53,870 bases of DNA from an uncultured archaeon (lineage in GTDB: Archaea > Asgardarchaeota > Thorarchaeia > Thorarchaeales > Thorarchaeaceae), in the NCBI GenBank assembly GCA_964558645.1, contig CAZLEV010000004.1, positions 53,472 to 107,341 on the forward strand, read 5' to 3'. The translations under genes were made by a program, and so were the position numbers. Below are positions 20,092 to 29,081 of the stretch, piece by piece; the stretch's first letter is position 1; the number at the start of each line of letters is the position of its first letter. A model generated the notes under the pieces. That model saw only the letters and a list, made by a program, of their open reading frames with translations. It ran no database searches and had not been told where the DNA came from.

Positions 20092-20375
20092 AACAGCACA
20101 GGTCAACTCTTGGGACACCTTTGACGAGTTCATCGGATAATACATGACGAAGACCACCGCCACATCTACACCTTCATAGTATGTCGGATTGGTTGAATCC
20201 CGTGAAGAAGCGATTTCATGATTCAGCCAGATGGGACGGGTTGCAAGCTTTGTACTGTCATATGCCGGCAGAATACTGAATGATGCCACTGAAAGCATTC
20301 GCATCAGACCAAGAAAGGCATCTGAGGAAGTGAAATAAAAGAGAGGTTTACAGACCTGACAAGGAGAGAGCAGAG

Positions 20376-21374
20376 ATGTTGAAGATAGCACGGAGTATCC
20401 TCTGTTGTCCAGATTGTCATGAAGACCTGCAGTGGAATATACATGAGGCTTCAGAAAGACGAATAGTCCATGCTGACGCCACGTGCAACGGATGCAGCCG
20501 GAACTACACCGTCAGGAAAGATATAGCGTTCTTTCTCTTGGATGCGTCCTCCCACGATGATCTCTGGAAGGTCGTTGACAGCCAACTGGCAAGGGCATTG
20601 AAGGAGAATCCCGAATACGAGGAGCGACTCATGAACAGTGACCTCTCCATGCTCAATCCTGCGGACAAGTTTCTGCGGGCATCCATCCTTGACGAAAGAG
20701 GGCACTATGAACTGGCGAGAACCATCAGAGAACAGGCATCAGAACAGCTGTACACTCCATCCTATAACGAGCAATACGGGGCGAAGAAGAAGGAGCTCGA
20801 GATGCTCTTGGGACAAGAGGAGGGGATGATAATTGACCTGGCGTCCGGAATGGCCGGTCTCGCGGAGTTATTTAGTGATCTTGGGAATCCAACCGTCTTC
20901 AGCGATGTCAGCCCCAGTATCTTGTTCAAGAATCGCATGCGCCTTCAGTACTTCGGATTGTACGACAATGCGAGTCTCATGGCCTTTGACGTCAAGAGCA
21001 TGCCTTTCCGCGACAGGTCAGTGTCTGTATTCACATCTAACATAGGCCTGACAAACATAAGAAACAGCAGGAGCTTCGTCAAGGAGTTGTCCCGCTGTCT
21101 GAAGGGAAGGGCATACTTCATTGCCTTCTTCTTTCCTGATAATGAAGACGCCAATGCGGACCTGCTGAACCAGATGGACATGGACTTGGCGTTTCAGGAC
21201 AGGTTGGAGGAAACTGCAGGGGAGTATCTTGACGTTGACATTCTCGCTCCGGTTAGCGCAGAGCTGAAACCCACTGTGAAGAGCGAGATCTTCAATATTG
21301 GCATTGATGCCCTTCCTGTGGAACCAACAACCATTACTTGGGCGATAGTGAAGTTCAAGCCCAAGTCACGATGA
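20376..21374 (+). CDS. Class I SAM-dependent methyltransferase with an N-terminal Trm112-like Zn ribbon
   Basis: CPDC...CNGC...Y.V...I, IIDLASGMAG, FSDVS, FDV.SMPF. Confidence 0.72.
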   Translation: MLKIARSILCCPDCHEDLQWNIHEASERRIVHADATCNGCSRNYTVRKDIAFFLLDASSHDDLWKVVDSQLARALKENPEYEERLMNSDLSMLNPADKFLRASILDERGHYELARTIREQASEQLYTPSYNEQYGAKKKELEMLLGQEEGMIIDLASGMAGLAELFSDLGNPTVFSDVSPSILFKNRMRLQYFGLYDNASLMAFDVKSMPFRDRSVSVFTSNIGLTNIRNSRSFVKELSRCLKGRAYFIAFFFPDNEDANADLLNQMDMDLAFQDRLEETAGEYLDVDILAPVSAELKPTVKSEIFNIGIDALPVEPTTITWAIVKFKPKSR

Positions 21375-21401
21375 GACTGTGGAGCAGTTAGCGGCAGTCA
21401 C

Positions 21402-21686
21402 TCAATTCAATCGGAGGTAGTTACCGTCCATGACCCGAGCGATGTACCTCCTTCCGTCAAGAACCCACATGATCCTGTGGCCTTCCTGAGCTTTCTTCGC
21501 CCATTGTGAACTCTTCTCGGGATTCTGCTCGATGAAGCTCAGTCCTCGGATGGAGAACTTGCGTAGTCGGCTCTGCGAGGTGTGCTCCAATGCATAGGTC
21601 TCTCCGTTGACTTCCAACTCCTTCTCATCTGCGAATATGGCATCGTATGCCATGCGGGAGATTCTCTCAAGTTCGTCATCATCCAT
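21402..21686 (-). CDS. Hypothetical protein (94 aa)
   Basis: Protein-like composition, GGTG SD, fills the gap between neighbouring genes. Confidence 0.6.
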   Translation of the reverse strand: MDDDELERISRMAYDAIFADEKELEVNGETYALEHTSQSRLRKFSIRGLSFIEQNPEKSSQWAKKAQEGHRIMWVLDGRRYIARVMDGNYLRLN

Positions 21687-21831
21687 CGTACAGCACCATA
21701 GCTACTGGCTCTCGAACCTCCATAGGTCTTGCTATTCCCTCGCGCTGTGATATCATATGGCATCAGGCCATGGGGGAAACTCCTATGAAATGATCGGCAG
21801 CTCAGAGAGCAGGTCGCAGTCTATCTGCGAT

Positions 21832-22803
21832 TCATATGACTCTGGATCCCGTATCTGGGAGATTGACCATGCGAATGATTGTGGAACAGAGGACTGCCAC
21901 TCTTCTGTTGAACCATTCAGGCGTGAGATTCCGACTGGACTCGTAAAGATTATCGGAGATCCCTACGCCGCGTTTGGCCGGCGGCTCCGTGATGAAGGAA
22001 ACGCCTTCAGGGATTGAATCACTTGAGAGAATCCAGTCCTTGTACTGGCGAGCAATCTCAGTGTTGCCTTCGATGTCGTTGAAGTCTTTCAGTGGCCCCC
22101 AGTTCAAGGCGACCACACCATCAACCCCGTCCAGTCCCGAGTCGAAGTCCTCACTCTGGCTCACAGAGCCATCCCGCCCCTCTGCCTCCTTTCGAGCAGT
22201 CCGAAGAACCCTATTCAGCGGTGCGAACTCGGCAGGAGCAACAAGGCGCGTATCTGCCCCCAGTTTAGGCAGAAGCCTGAGCAGGCTATGAACGGTGGTG
22301 GGAAGACCCAGTCTTGTGCCGAAGGTCCAGATGATCCCGATCTCCTTCCCCTTGAAACCCTTCAAGTGTGAGTCCAGCGCCGAGATGCAGGCCAGTGCCG
22401 ACTGATGCGCATAGACATCATCCTGCAGACTGACCATAGGAGTGTGTACAACCTCTGGAAATCGCTCGGTCAGACGCCTGCCGCCAGCAAAGGTCTCCAT
22501 GTCAACAAAGCTGGTGAGAAGAAGATCCACACTCTTGCTCATCATAGATACGTATTCCAGTATCTCATCATCCGACATGGCCAGTGAGTCAGGGTATCGA
22601 AGAGCGACATGGGTACAGTCAAGCCAACCTGCTGTAGTCCCGGCAATCTGAGGTTCCCAGAAGTCACCTGCTCGAAGAAGCGAACCAATGACCTCAGTGG
22701 GAAGAACCTGCTTGGAGACCGTATCAACTCCATTCTCGTGGAACATGTCAGCCGTCTGGAGCAGATAGCCGAGATGTGTGTCATCAATGTCGGTGAACTT
22801 CAT
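21832..22803 (-). CDS. Carbamoyltransferase-fold protein (YgeW/knotted type-like), catalytic motifs lost
   Basis: PMVSLQDD, GKEIGIIW, LGADTRLVAP, VVALNWGP and KDW resemble YgeW-type enzymes. No STRT, HPxQ or HCLP. Confidence 0.6.
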   Translation of the reverse strand: MKFTDIDDTHLGYLLQTADMFHENGVDTVSKQVLPTEVIGSLLRAGDFWEPQIAGTTAGWLDCTHVALRYPDSLAMSDDEILEYVSMMSKSVDLLLTSFVDMETFAGGRRLTERFPEVVHTPMVSLQDDVYAHQSALACISALDSHLKGFKGKEIGIIWTFGTRLGLPTTVHSLLRLLPKLGADTRLVAPAEFAPLNRVLRTARKEAEGRDGSVSQSEDFDSGLDGVDGVVALNWGPLKDFNDIEGNTEIARQYKDWILSSDSIPEGVSFITEPPAKRGVGISDNLYESSRNLTPEWFNRRVAVLCSTIIRMVNLPDTGSRVI

Positions 22804-22924
22804 TGTCTTTGGCCCTCCCAGTACAGGGGAGTCTGAGAGTTGGCATGCATTCCTTAAGACTCATACGGCCTTGAGCAAACCATATCAGGGAGGGATAAGA
22901 CTCGTAGCCTCGGAGCACAGCACG

Positions 22925-24292
22925 ATGCCGGTTTGTCCCATTGACTACGGAAGGTATGGCCATCAAGATATGGTGAGAATATTCGAGGAAGAGTTCAGAC
23001 ATGAGATCTGGTTGAGGGTTGAGGCCACCGTGGCCCAGGTGCAGGCCGACATGGGCATCATTCCCAGTGAGGCGGCTGACGAGATAGTCAGTGTTGCGAA
23101 CCCCAAGACCGTGACTCTTGACCGAACCATGGAGATTGAGGCCAGAACAAGGCATGATGTGGCGGCATTGGTGGAGGCGATTGCAGAGAAGTGTGATGGC
23201 ATCGGCGCGCGGTGGGTTCACTTCGGACTCACCAGTAACGATGTCAAAGACACTGCCCTGGGACTTCAGCTGTTGGCTGCCTATGGCATCTTGTTGCCCG
23301 AAGTGGACGCTCTGGTTAGCTCCCTATCGAGAAGAGCCATAGAGACCCAGGACCTGATTGCCGTTGGTCGATCACACGGTCAGCAGGCAGTTCCCATCAC
23401 CTATGGTATCCGCTTCTCGGTCTGGGTTGATGAGATCCGAAGACACTCAGAGCGCCTTCGTGAGGCCCTGAAGAGGACAGCGGTGGGGAAAGTGGCTGGA
23501 GCAACCGGGAGCCATGCCGCCATGGGACTCCGGGGGATTGAGATACAAGAGAAGGTGTTGACCCGACTTGGTCTGAATGTGCCCGCGGCGACCACGCAGA
23601 TAGTGCAGAGAGACCGCGTTGCAGAGAGCATCCTGTGCCTTGCAAACCTCGCATCCACCCTGGACAAGATCGCCACAGACCTCAGGAATCTCCAGCGGAC
23701 TGAGATTGCCGAGACCTACGAACCCTTTGCGACAGGAAAGCAGGTTGGTTCGTCCGCTATGCCACACAAACGTAACCCAGTGACCTGCGAGAAGATATCC
23801 GGCATAGGCAGGCTCGTGCGGAGCCTCGCACACCCAGCTCTTGAGAATGTGGTTAGCTGGGAGGAGCGGGACATCTCACACTCCTCCACTGAGAGGTTCG
23901 TGATTCCTCAGGCATTCATCCTGACAGACTATATCATCAGGGAGATGAGAAGAGTGATAGAGGGTCTGATGATCGATGAGGAGGCGGTGGAGCGGAACAT
24001 CTGGCGCTCACGTGACACCTTCCTGAGCGAGTACATCATGACCGTTCTCACCGAGGCCGGACTTCCACGACCTGATGCACATGCAAAGATGAGGGCGCTG
24101 ACACTACAGGCAAGAAACGAGGACAGAGATCTCACTGAATTGCTCAAAGAGGACTCCGAGGTCAAGGGTCTCATCGACCCAGCCAGCATCGACGTGGGAA
24201 GGTTCTTTGATTCCATTCGCGAGGTCTCGAGGAAGATTGTCCGAGAGACGCTGCAGAGATACGAGGGCTCGGTGACTGCTTCGACAGGATAA
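22925..24292 (+). CDS. purB: Adenylosuccinate lyase
   Basis: RHDV, VHFGLTSNDV, GRSHGQ.A.P.T.G, GSSAMPHKRNP, ERDISHSS. Start trimmed to MPVCPID at 22925. Confidence 0.95.
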   Translation: MPVCPIDYGRYGHQDMVRIFEEEFRHEIWLRVEATVAQVQADMGIIPSEAADEIVSVANPKTVTLDRTMEIEARTRHDVAALVEAIAEKCDGIGARWVHFGLTSNDVKDTALGLQLLAAYGILLPEVDALVSSLSRRAIETQDLIAVGRSHGQQAVPITYGIRFSVWVDEIRRHSERLREALKRTAVGKVAGATGSHAAMGLRGIEIQEKVLTRLGLNVPAATTQIVQRDRVAESILCLANLASTLDKIATDLRNLQRTEIAETYEPFATGKQVGSSAMPHKRNPVTCEKISGIGRLVRSLAHPALENVVSWEERDISHSSTERFVIPQAFILTDYIIREMRRVIEGLMIDEEAVERNIWRSRDTFLSEYIMTVLTEAGLPRPDAHAKMRALTLQARNEDRDLTELLKEDSEVKGLIDPASIDVGRFFDSIREVSRKIVRETLQRYEGSVTASTG

Positions 24293-24328
24293 TATCATGT
24301 TCATACATGGAGAAGGAAGAGGAATACA

Positions 24329-25111
24329 ATGAAGAAACTACTAGTAACACTCACCCCCGCAGAGGGAAAGCGCCTGATAGCACGGGGCCTGCTCGGCACG
24401 GAGCTGATCCAAGATGCGCTGCACAACGGCTATCTGTGTGTCACTCTGGGCACAACCAGCTCATACCTCGTAGAGGAGATACTCGGGAGCTATGAGAAGA
24501 CGAAACACATCGCAGGGATAGTTGTTCCAGAGGGAACCTGGGTCACCAAGGCGAAGTACCGATACAATGACGCCATCTTCTATCGAGGCGAGTTTCTCGA
24601 CGGTAAGAAGGTGATCGATGTCTTAGATGAACTGGGGCCAAATGATGTCATCATCAAGAGTGCCAACGCTCTCGATGTCAACTCCACCCCCATCGTTCTA
24701 CTCGCAAGCAGCACAGGTGGAACTGTCGGGTCATTCTTGGGGTCTGCTGCGGCTCGAAACATCAACATCGTCATGCCCTGTGGCCTCGAGAAGTTCATAC
24801 CCTCAAGCTATGATGAGTTCTACGGCGAGTTCGGGATGCATGACTGGGACTTTGCAATAGGTACACCGGTTGGCGCAATAGCAGTACCTGAGGGTATCCC
24901 CTTCACCGAGCTAGACGCCCTTGAAACCCTGTTCGATGTCGCAGCGATTCCTATCGCAGCTGGCGGAGTCAACGGTGCTGAGGGTGCAGTGACCCTGTTC
25001 ATCGAGGGAGATGATGACGATATCGTCATGGCGTACGATTTCCTGAAGAATGACATCAAGGGAGAACCACCATTTCCACATGTGAGCCATCTCATGGAAG
25101 AACCCGAGTAG
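24329..25111 (+). CDS. Hypothetical protein (alpha/beta, 260 aa)
   Basis: Long ORF with GAGG SD in a + strand gene run. Motif-like segments GTTSSY, KSANA, GGTVG, GLEK, AAGGVNGAEG. Function not recognised. Confidence 0.75.
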   Translation: MKKLLVTLTPAEGKRLIARGLLGTELIQDALHNGYLCVTLGTTSSYLVEEILGSYEKTKHIAGIVVPEGTWVTKAKYRYNDAIFYRGEFLDGKKVIDVLDELGPNDVIIKSANALDVNSTPIVLLASSTGGTVGSFLGSAAARNINIVMPCGLEKFIPSSYDEFYGEFGMHDWDFAIGTPVGAIAVPEGIPFTELDALETLFDVAAIPIAAGGVNGAEGAVTLFIEGDDDDIVMAYDFLKNDIKGEPPFPHVSHLMEEPE

Positions 25112-25137
25112 TGAGAGAACCAGCGAGGATAACCAGA

Positions 25138-25902
25138 ATGAGCGACATCGTCATCGAGACCCAAGGCCTGACCAAGATCTTTGAGAGGGGAACCAAGCGA
25201 GAGGTTGTCGCTCTGGATAAGGTCACGATGGACATCCAGAGAGGGGAGGTCTTCGGGCTCATCGGCCCTAATGGTGCAGGCAAGACCACGTTGATCCGTG
25301 TTCTCGTCGGTCTACTGACTCCAACTGCAGGAGAGGCATTTGTTCTCGGAGAGAATGTTGAGGATAACATCGATTACATACGCAAGCGAGTGGCGCTGCT
25401 ACCTCAGGAGGCGGGCATCTACGAACGCCTCACCGCACGAGAGAACCTGGTCTACTACGGCGGGCTCTACGGCATCTCAGAAGAGGAGCTCAACAAGAGA
25501 GCGGACAGACTTCTGGACATCGTTGGTCTCAGAGACAAGGAAGACTACCAGGTGAAAGGCTTCAGCGGGGGCATGAAGCGCAAGGTACTGGTGGCCCGAG
25601 CATTGATCATCGGGCCCGAGGTCATCTTTCTGGACGAGCCAACCACAGGAGTGGATACCATTGGCGCCCGCGTCGTCCGAAACCTGCTGAAGAAACTCAG
25701 CTCACAGGAGAACAGGACCATCATACTCACCACCCACGACCTGAATGAGGTCTCGGAACTATGTGACAGGGTAGGAATCCTGAACGAGGGAGTGCTTGCA
25801 GCGATAGGCAGGCCAGGAGAGCTGGAGGAGAAGTTCAGGGCTGCCAATCTCGAGGAGTTGTTCACGGGTCTTGTGACAGGAGAGGGAATCTATGAGTCAT
25901 AG
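25138..25902 (+). CDS. ABC-2 exporter ATP-binding protein
   Basis: GPNGAGKTT, FSGGMKRK, LDEPTTGVD, TTH. Confidence 0.92.
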   Translation: MSDIVIETQGLTKIFERGTKREVVALDKVTMDIQRGEVFGLIGPNGAGKTTLIRVLVGLLTPTAGEAFVLGENVEDNIDYIRKRVALLPQEAGIYERLTARENLVYYGGLYGISEEELNKRADRLLDIVGLRDKEDYQVKGFSGGMKRKVLVARALIIGPEVIFLDEPTTGVDTIGARVVRNLLKKLSSQENRTIILTTHDLNEVSELCDRVGILNEGVLAAIGRPGELEEKFRAANLEELFTGLVTGEGIYES

Positions 25903-25919
25903 CAGGAGGCTTAGGTGAT

Positions 25920-27131
25920 ATGGCACAGCCAAGGACAAAGCTACTGGACAGCAAGACCGTATGGATGTTGAAGAAAGAGATCAAGTCGGTCCTGCGCTCA
26001 CGCTGGCTCCTGCTAGGCTTCATGATCAGTCCACTCTTCGCGTGGCTCTTTCAGGGTGCATTCCTCTCGTTTATCGTGGCCCAGACAAGTGAGGAGGCTG
26101 AAACAGTATACATCACGTTAGAGGATGATGGCCAGTGGGGGCAGACCCTCTATGACGCGATAGAGGCGAACAAGAATGACCTCCTTATCGACCCGCTTGT
26201 GAACGTGACCAGGAACTACGGGCAACAACTGGTCAACAACCGTTCCTTGTCAGTGTGGGTGCTGATACCGGAGAACTTCACACAGGAACTTCAAGTGAAT
26301 AACCGGAGTACGCTTGTCATCTGGGTCAATACAGGAAACATCAGAGCCACCGCTGCAGCTCAGAGGATAGACGGGTTTGCCAAAAACGTGATCAATGAGA
26401 TAATCATCATCCGCGACTTGCAGGTCAACTGGTACACAATCGCACCCGAGGCGACGTACGGCCATCAACTGGCCATCTTCTTGGTCATGCTCACGTCGGT
26501 TCTGGCACCGAGCCCCTATGTGAGCCAGTCCTTTGCGGGTGAGCGCGAGAAGCATACTCTGGAGGCATTGCTCGTTGTCCCGATGAGCAGGGTGAAGATC
26601 CTGGCATCAAAACTCGTGGCGGGTCTCTTGCTGACTATGATCTATTCGTTCTTCACCATCGTAGGTATCCTGCTATATAACTGGTCGATCATCTTTAGGG
26701 CGGCTCCTCTACCTCCAAATGCGGCTGCATACTATATCGGTCTCTACACGGTCCCGACTCCCACGATTCCACTGATCTTCTTCTGCCAGTTCCTTGTTTT
26801 GCTCTGCGCAATCGGTATTGGGGTTGTGATATCGTGTTTGGCAAAAGACCAGGCCACAGCCGAGTCAATCAACAATCTGGTACTGCTGGTCCCCACGATG
26901 GTGATAGGAATCCTCGGCTTCACAGGAAGCATTCTGCAGTACGGGGGACTCTTCGGGTTCTTCGTCCTCGCGATACCGTTCACTCATGCGGTCATCTTCC
27001 TGAATGGCGTTCTCTCTGGCCCAGCCACCCCGTTGAGCCTGCTCGGAAATGTCCTCTACCTCCTCATATTCACCGTTGTCTTCCTGATAATCGGGGCCAA
27101 GCTCTTCGAGCGAGAGGCCATAATTGCATAG
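25920..27131 (+). CDS. ABC-2 exporter permease (NatB-like)
   Basis: KKEIK at the N-terminus, GEREKHTLEALLVVP, multiple TM helices. Confidence 0.88.
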   Translation: MAQPRTKLLDSKTVWMLKKEIKSVLRSRWLLLGFMISPLFAWLFQGAFLSFIVAQTSEEAETVYITLEDDGQWGQTLYDAIEANKNDLLIDPLVNVTRNYGQQLVNNRSLSVWVLIPENFTQELQVNNRSTLVIWVNTGNIRATAAAQRIDGFAKNVINEIIIIRDLQVNWYTIAPEATYGHQLAIFLVMLTSVLAPSPYVSQSFAGEREKHTLEALLVVPMSRVKILASKLVAGLLLTMIYSFFTIVGILLYNWSIIFRAAPLPPNAAAYYIGLYTVPTPTIPLIFFCQFLVLLCAIGIGVVISCLAKDQATAESINNLVLLVPTMVIGILGFTGSILQYGGLFGFFVLAIPFTHAVIFLNGVLSGPATPLSLLGNVLYLLIFTVVFLIIGAKLFEREAIIA

Positions 27132-27388
27132 ACGGCGGGTTAAGCAGTAGCATCTTCCACAAAAGAGCAAGAATGGGTTTTGTTTCAGTACCGCCCAGTA
27201 GTTCGAACCGCACGAGAGTGCTCTCGAGGTGGCGTCTAGGCTGAGAATTTCAGGGCAAACCAGAGCTGTCGCACCATTATATACTCTCTTTGGAAGAGTA
27301 TTCAGTAATTGAGGGTAAGGTAGACCCCAGTGGTGGGGGGACCCTTTCTCCCGCCGCGGCGATTCTTCTGTACGAATAAGATTATGAG

Positions 27389-28960
27389 ATGGTGTGCTCC
27401 GCCTACTCAGGGGCCTATGATGTGACTGACGGTCAGGAAGACAGCATCTCCCAAGAGGAAGTCAGGACGCACTGGGACAGGTACCTTGAGATTGCAGAAC
27501 AGGGCTTTGGGCTGAATGTGAACGACTCCGCAGCGCAAGACACTGCCATTCAGCAGCTTCAGTCGAGTCTTCACCAGACCCCAGCGAATGAACAGGGGTA
27601 CGTCATCGCCCGAACCTTCGTGGAGGAAGCCATACTGGGACTTGGCGACTCACAAGCGGTCAGGAGTATGCTGGCTCGGGGACTCGCAGACATAGCAAAC
27701 GCGCGATTTGAGAATTTGGAGCAGGAGAGCCTATCTTCGCCCCTGCTGCTGGCCGATGTGCTAGTAGGATACCCTGGTCTACGAGCTCTCCGAGAAGAGA
27801 TAGTAGAGATGAGCAAAAACCCCGGAATCACAAGAGAACGTACTGAAGACGTTCTCTTCCAGATTCTTCGCGGCGTCACGCCACCTCTTGATGAAGACGA
27901 GCTTAGGCTGATAGATCGCCTCCTGACCATGCCCGAGGCCACACTGACAGAGATCTCGCAGGATTTCGACATGACGGTGAAGTGGGTGTCGAAGAAGACA
28001 CAAGAACTTCTCAGTCGGGGTGTTCTGGTCAAGAACCATGAAGTTGCGAATCATAGACTGAACATCAGGAGCATCCTCCTATTCATCGAGAGAGACTCGC
28101 CTGTCACTCCCGAACAGGTCTTGAAAGTGATTAGGGACTGCCCCTACTACACTGGCGGAGACCTGTTTCTCACAGGACAGTGGGGTGCTGTTGTGGAGCT
28201 TGCTGTACCGAGTTGCCGAGAGAACATGATGGAACTGGCGCAGTTCAGAGAGCTCCTGATGGATGCGGGTGTGGGTACTGACCTGTTCGATGTGGGTGCG
28301 CGTGGTGTGAGTCACTGCATGGACTACTACTCGGTTGAAGAGGGTGAGTGGTCAATTCCGTGGGATATCAAACGAATCGAGCTGCAGAGAGTCTACACGA
28401 AAGACCTTGGGGACGCCGTTCCAGGAATCCATAGACCTCTCCGACCTGCCAGAATGGAACTGAGCAGACTGGACCTCGAGATTGCAGACCTCTATCTGCA
28501 AGGACTGGACACCATATCAGAGATTCGCAAGGCAGTGAAGAGGGGACAGAGACAGATAGCAGCACGTATGCGCGCGTTGAGAGAGCAGGGAGTCCTAAGA
28601 GAACCGTACAGGATCGGATTCATGGGACTTGGCGAGTCGGCCATCATCATAACTGGCAGTCCAAAGGCACAGAGCGCCCTTGCTGCGTGGGCACAGAGAC
28701 TGCCAAGACTGGATATTCTGCTCAGCGTGGATGGACGCATGATGCTCAGGGCAGACCTGCCCAGAGGAGGTCTGTTCAAACTGGGCCGAGCACTGAGCGG
28801 AATTGAGGATTCGTATATGTTCTCACCCATCGAACGCGGAATGAGGAAGCAGGTATTCATCTCACCGCAGGAGTGGGACGAGGCAACGCAGGCATGGTTG
28901 CACGACCAGACGAAATGGCAACTATGGAGAGATAGACTGGCGGAAACCATGGGCCTGTAA
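27389..28960 (+). CDS. Large regulator with two Lrp/AsnC-like wHTH modules
   Basis: LDEDELRLI..L......TLTEIS......VSKK...L...GVL and LSRLDLEIA.L.......SEI........IAARMRALREQGVL. Confidence 0.65.
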   Translation: MVCSAYSGAYDVTDGQEDSISQEEVRTHWDRYLEIAEQGFGLNVNDSAAQDTAIQQLQSSLHQTPANEQGYVIARTFVEEAILGLGDSQAVRSMLARGLADIANARFENLEQESLSSPLLLADVLVGYPGLRALREEIVEMSKNPGITRERTEDVLFQILRGVTPPLDEDELRLIDRLLTMPEATLTEISQDFDMTVKWVSKKTQELLSRGVLVKNHEVANHRLNIRSILLFIERDSPVTPEQVLKVIRDCPYYTGGDLFLTGQWGAVVELAVPSCRENMMELAQFRELLMDAGVGTDLFDVGARGVSHCMDYYSVEEGEWSIPWDIKRIELQRVYTKDLGDAVPGIHRPLRPARMELSRLDLEIADLYLQGLDTISEIRKAVKRGQRQIAARMRALREQGVLREPYRIGFMGLGESAIIITGSPKAQSALAAWAQRLPRLDILLSVDGRMMLRADLPRGGLFKLGRALSGIEDSYMFSPIERGMRKQVFISPQEWDEATQAWLHDQTKWQLWRDRLAETMGL

Positions 28961-29081
28961 TGCTCTCAAGATCACCGATGATAGATATGCAGCTGATGAG
29001 AAACTTTCTGTATCTAGAGAGTGTGGAAACAGAATACTACCCACAGGCAGGATTCTTTCACTACCGACTATCTGTCAGTGG

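Noticed and set aside
27190-27245. GGTTCGAA and a CGAGAG-tg-CTCTCG hairpin suggesting a tRNA
   Set aside because: No paired T-stem or acceptor stem and no cloverleaf.
1790-29081. Mobile element between arrays 1 and 2
   Set aside because: No transposase, integrase, terminal repeats or viral genes recognised; the content is housekeeping-like.
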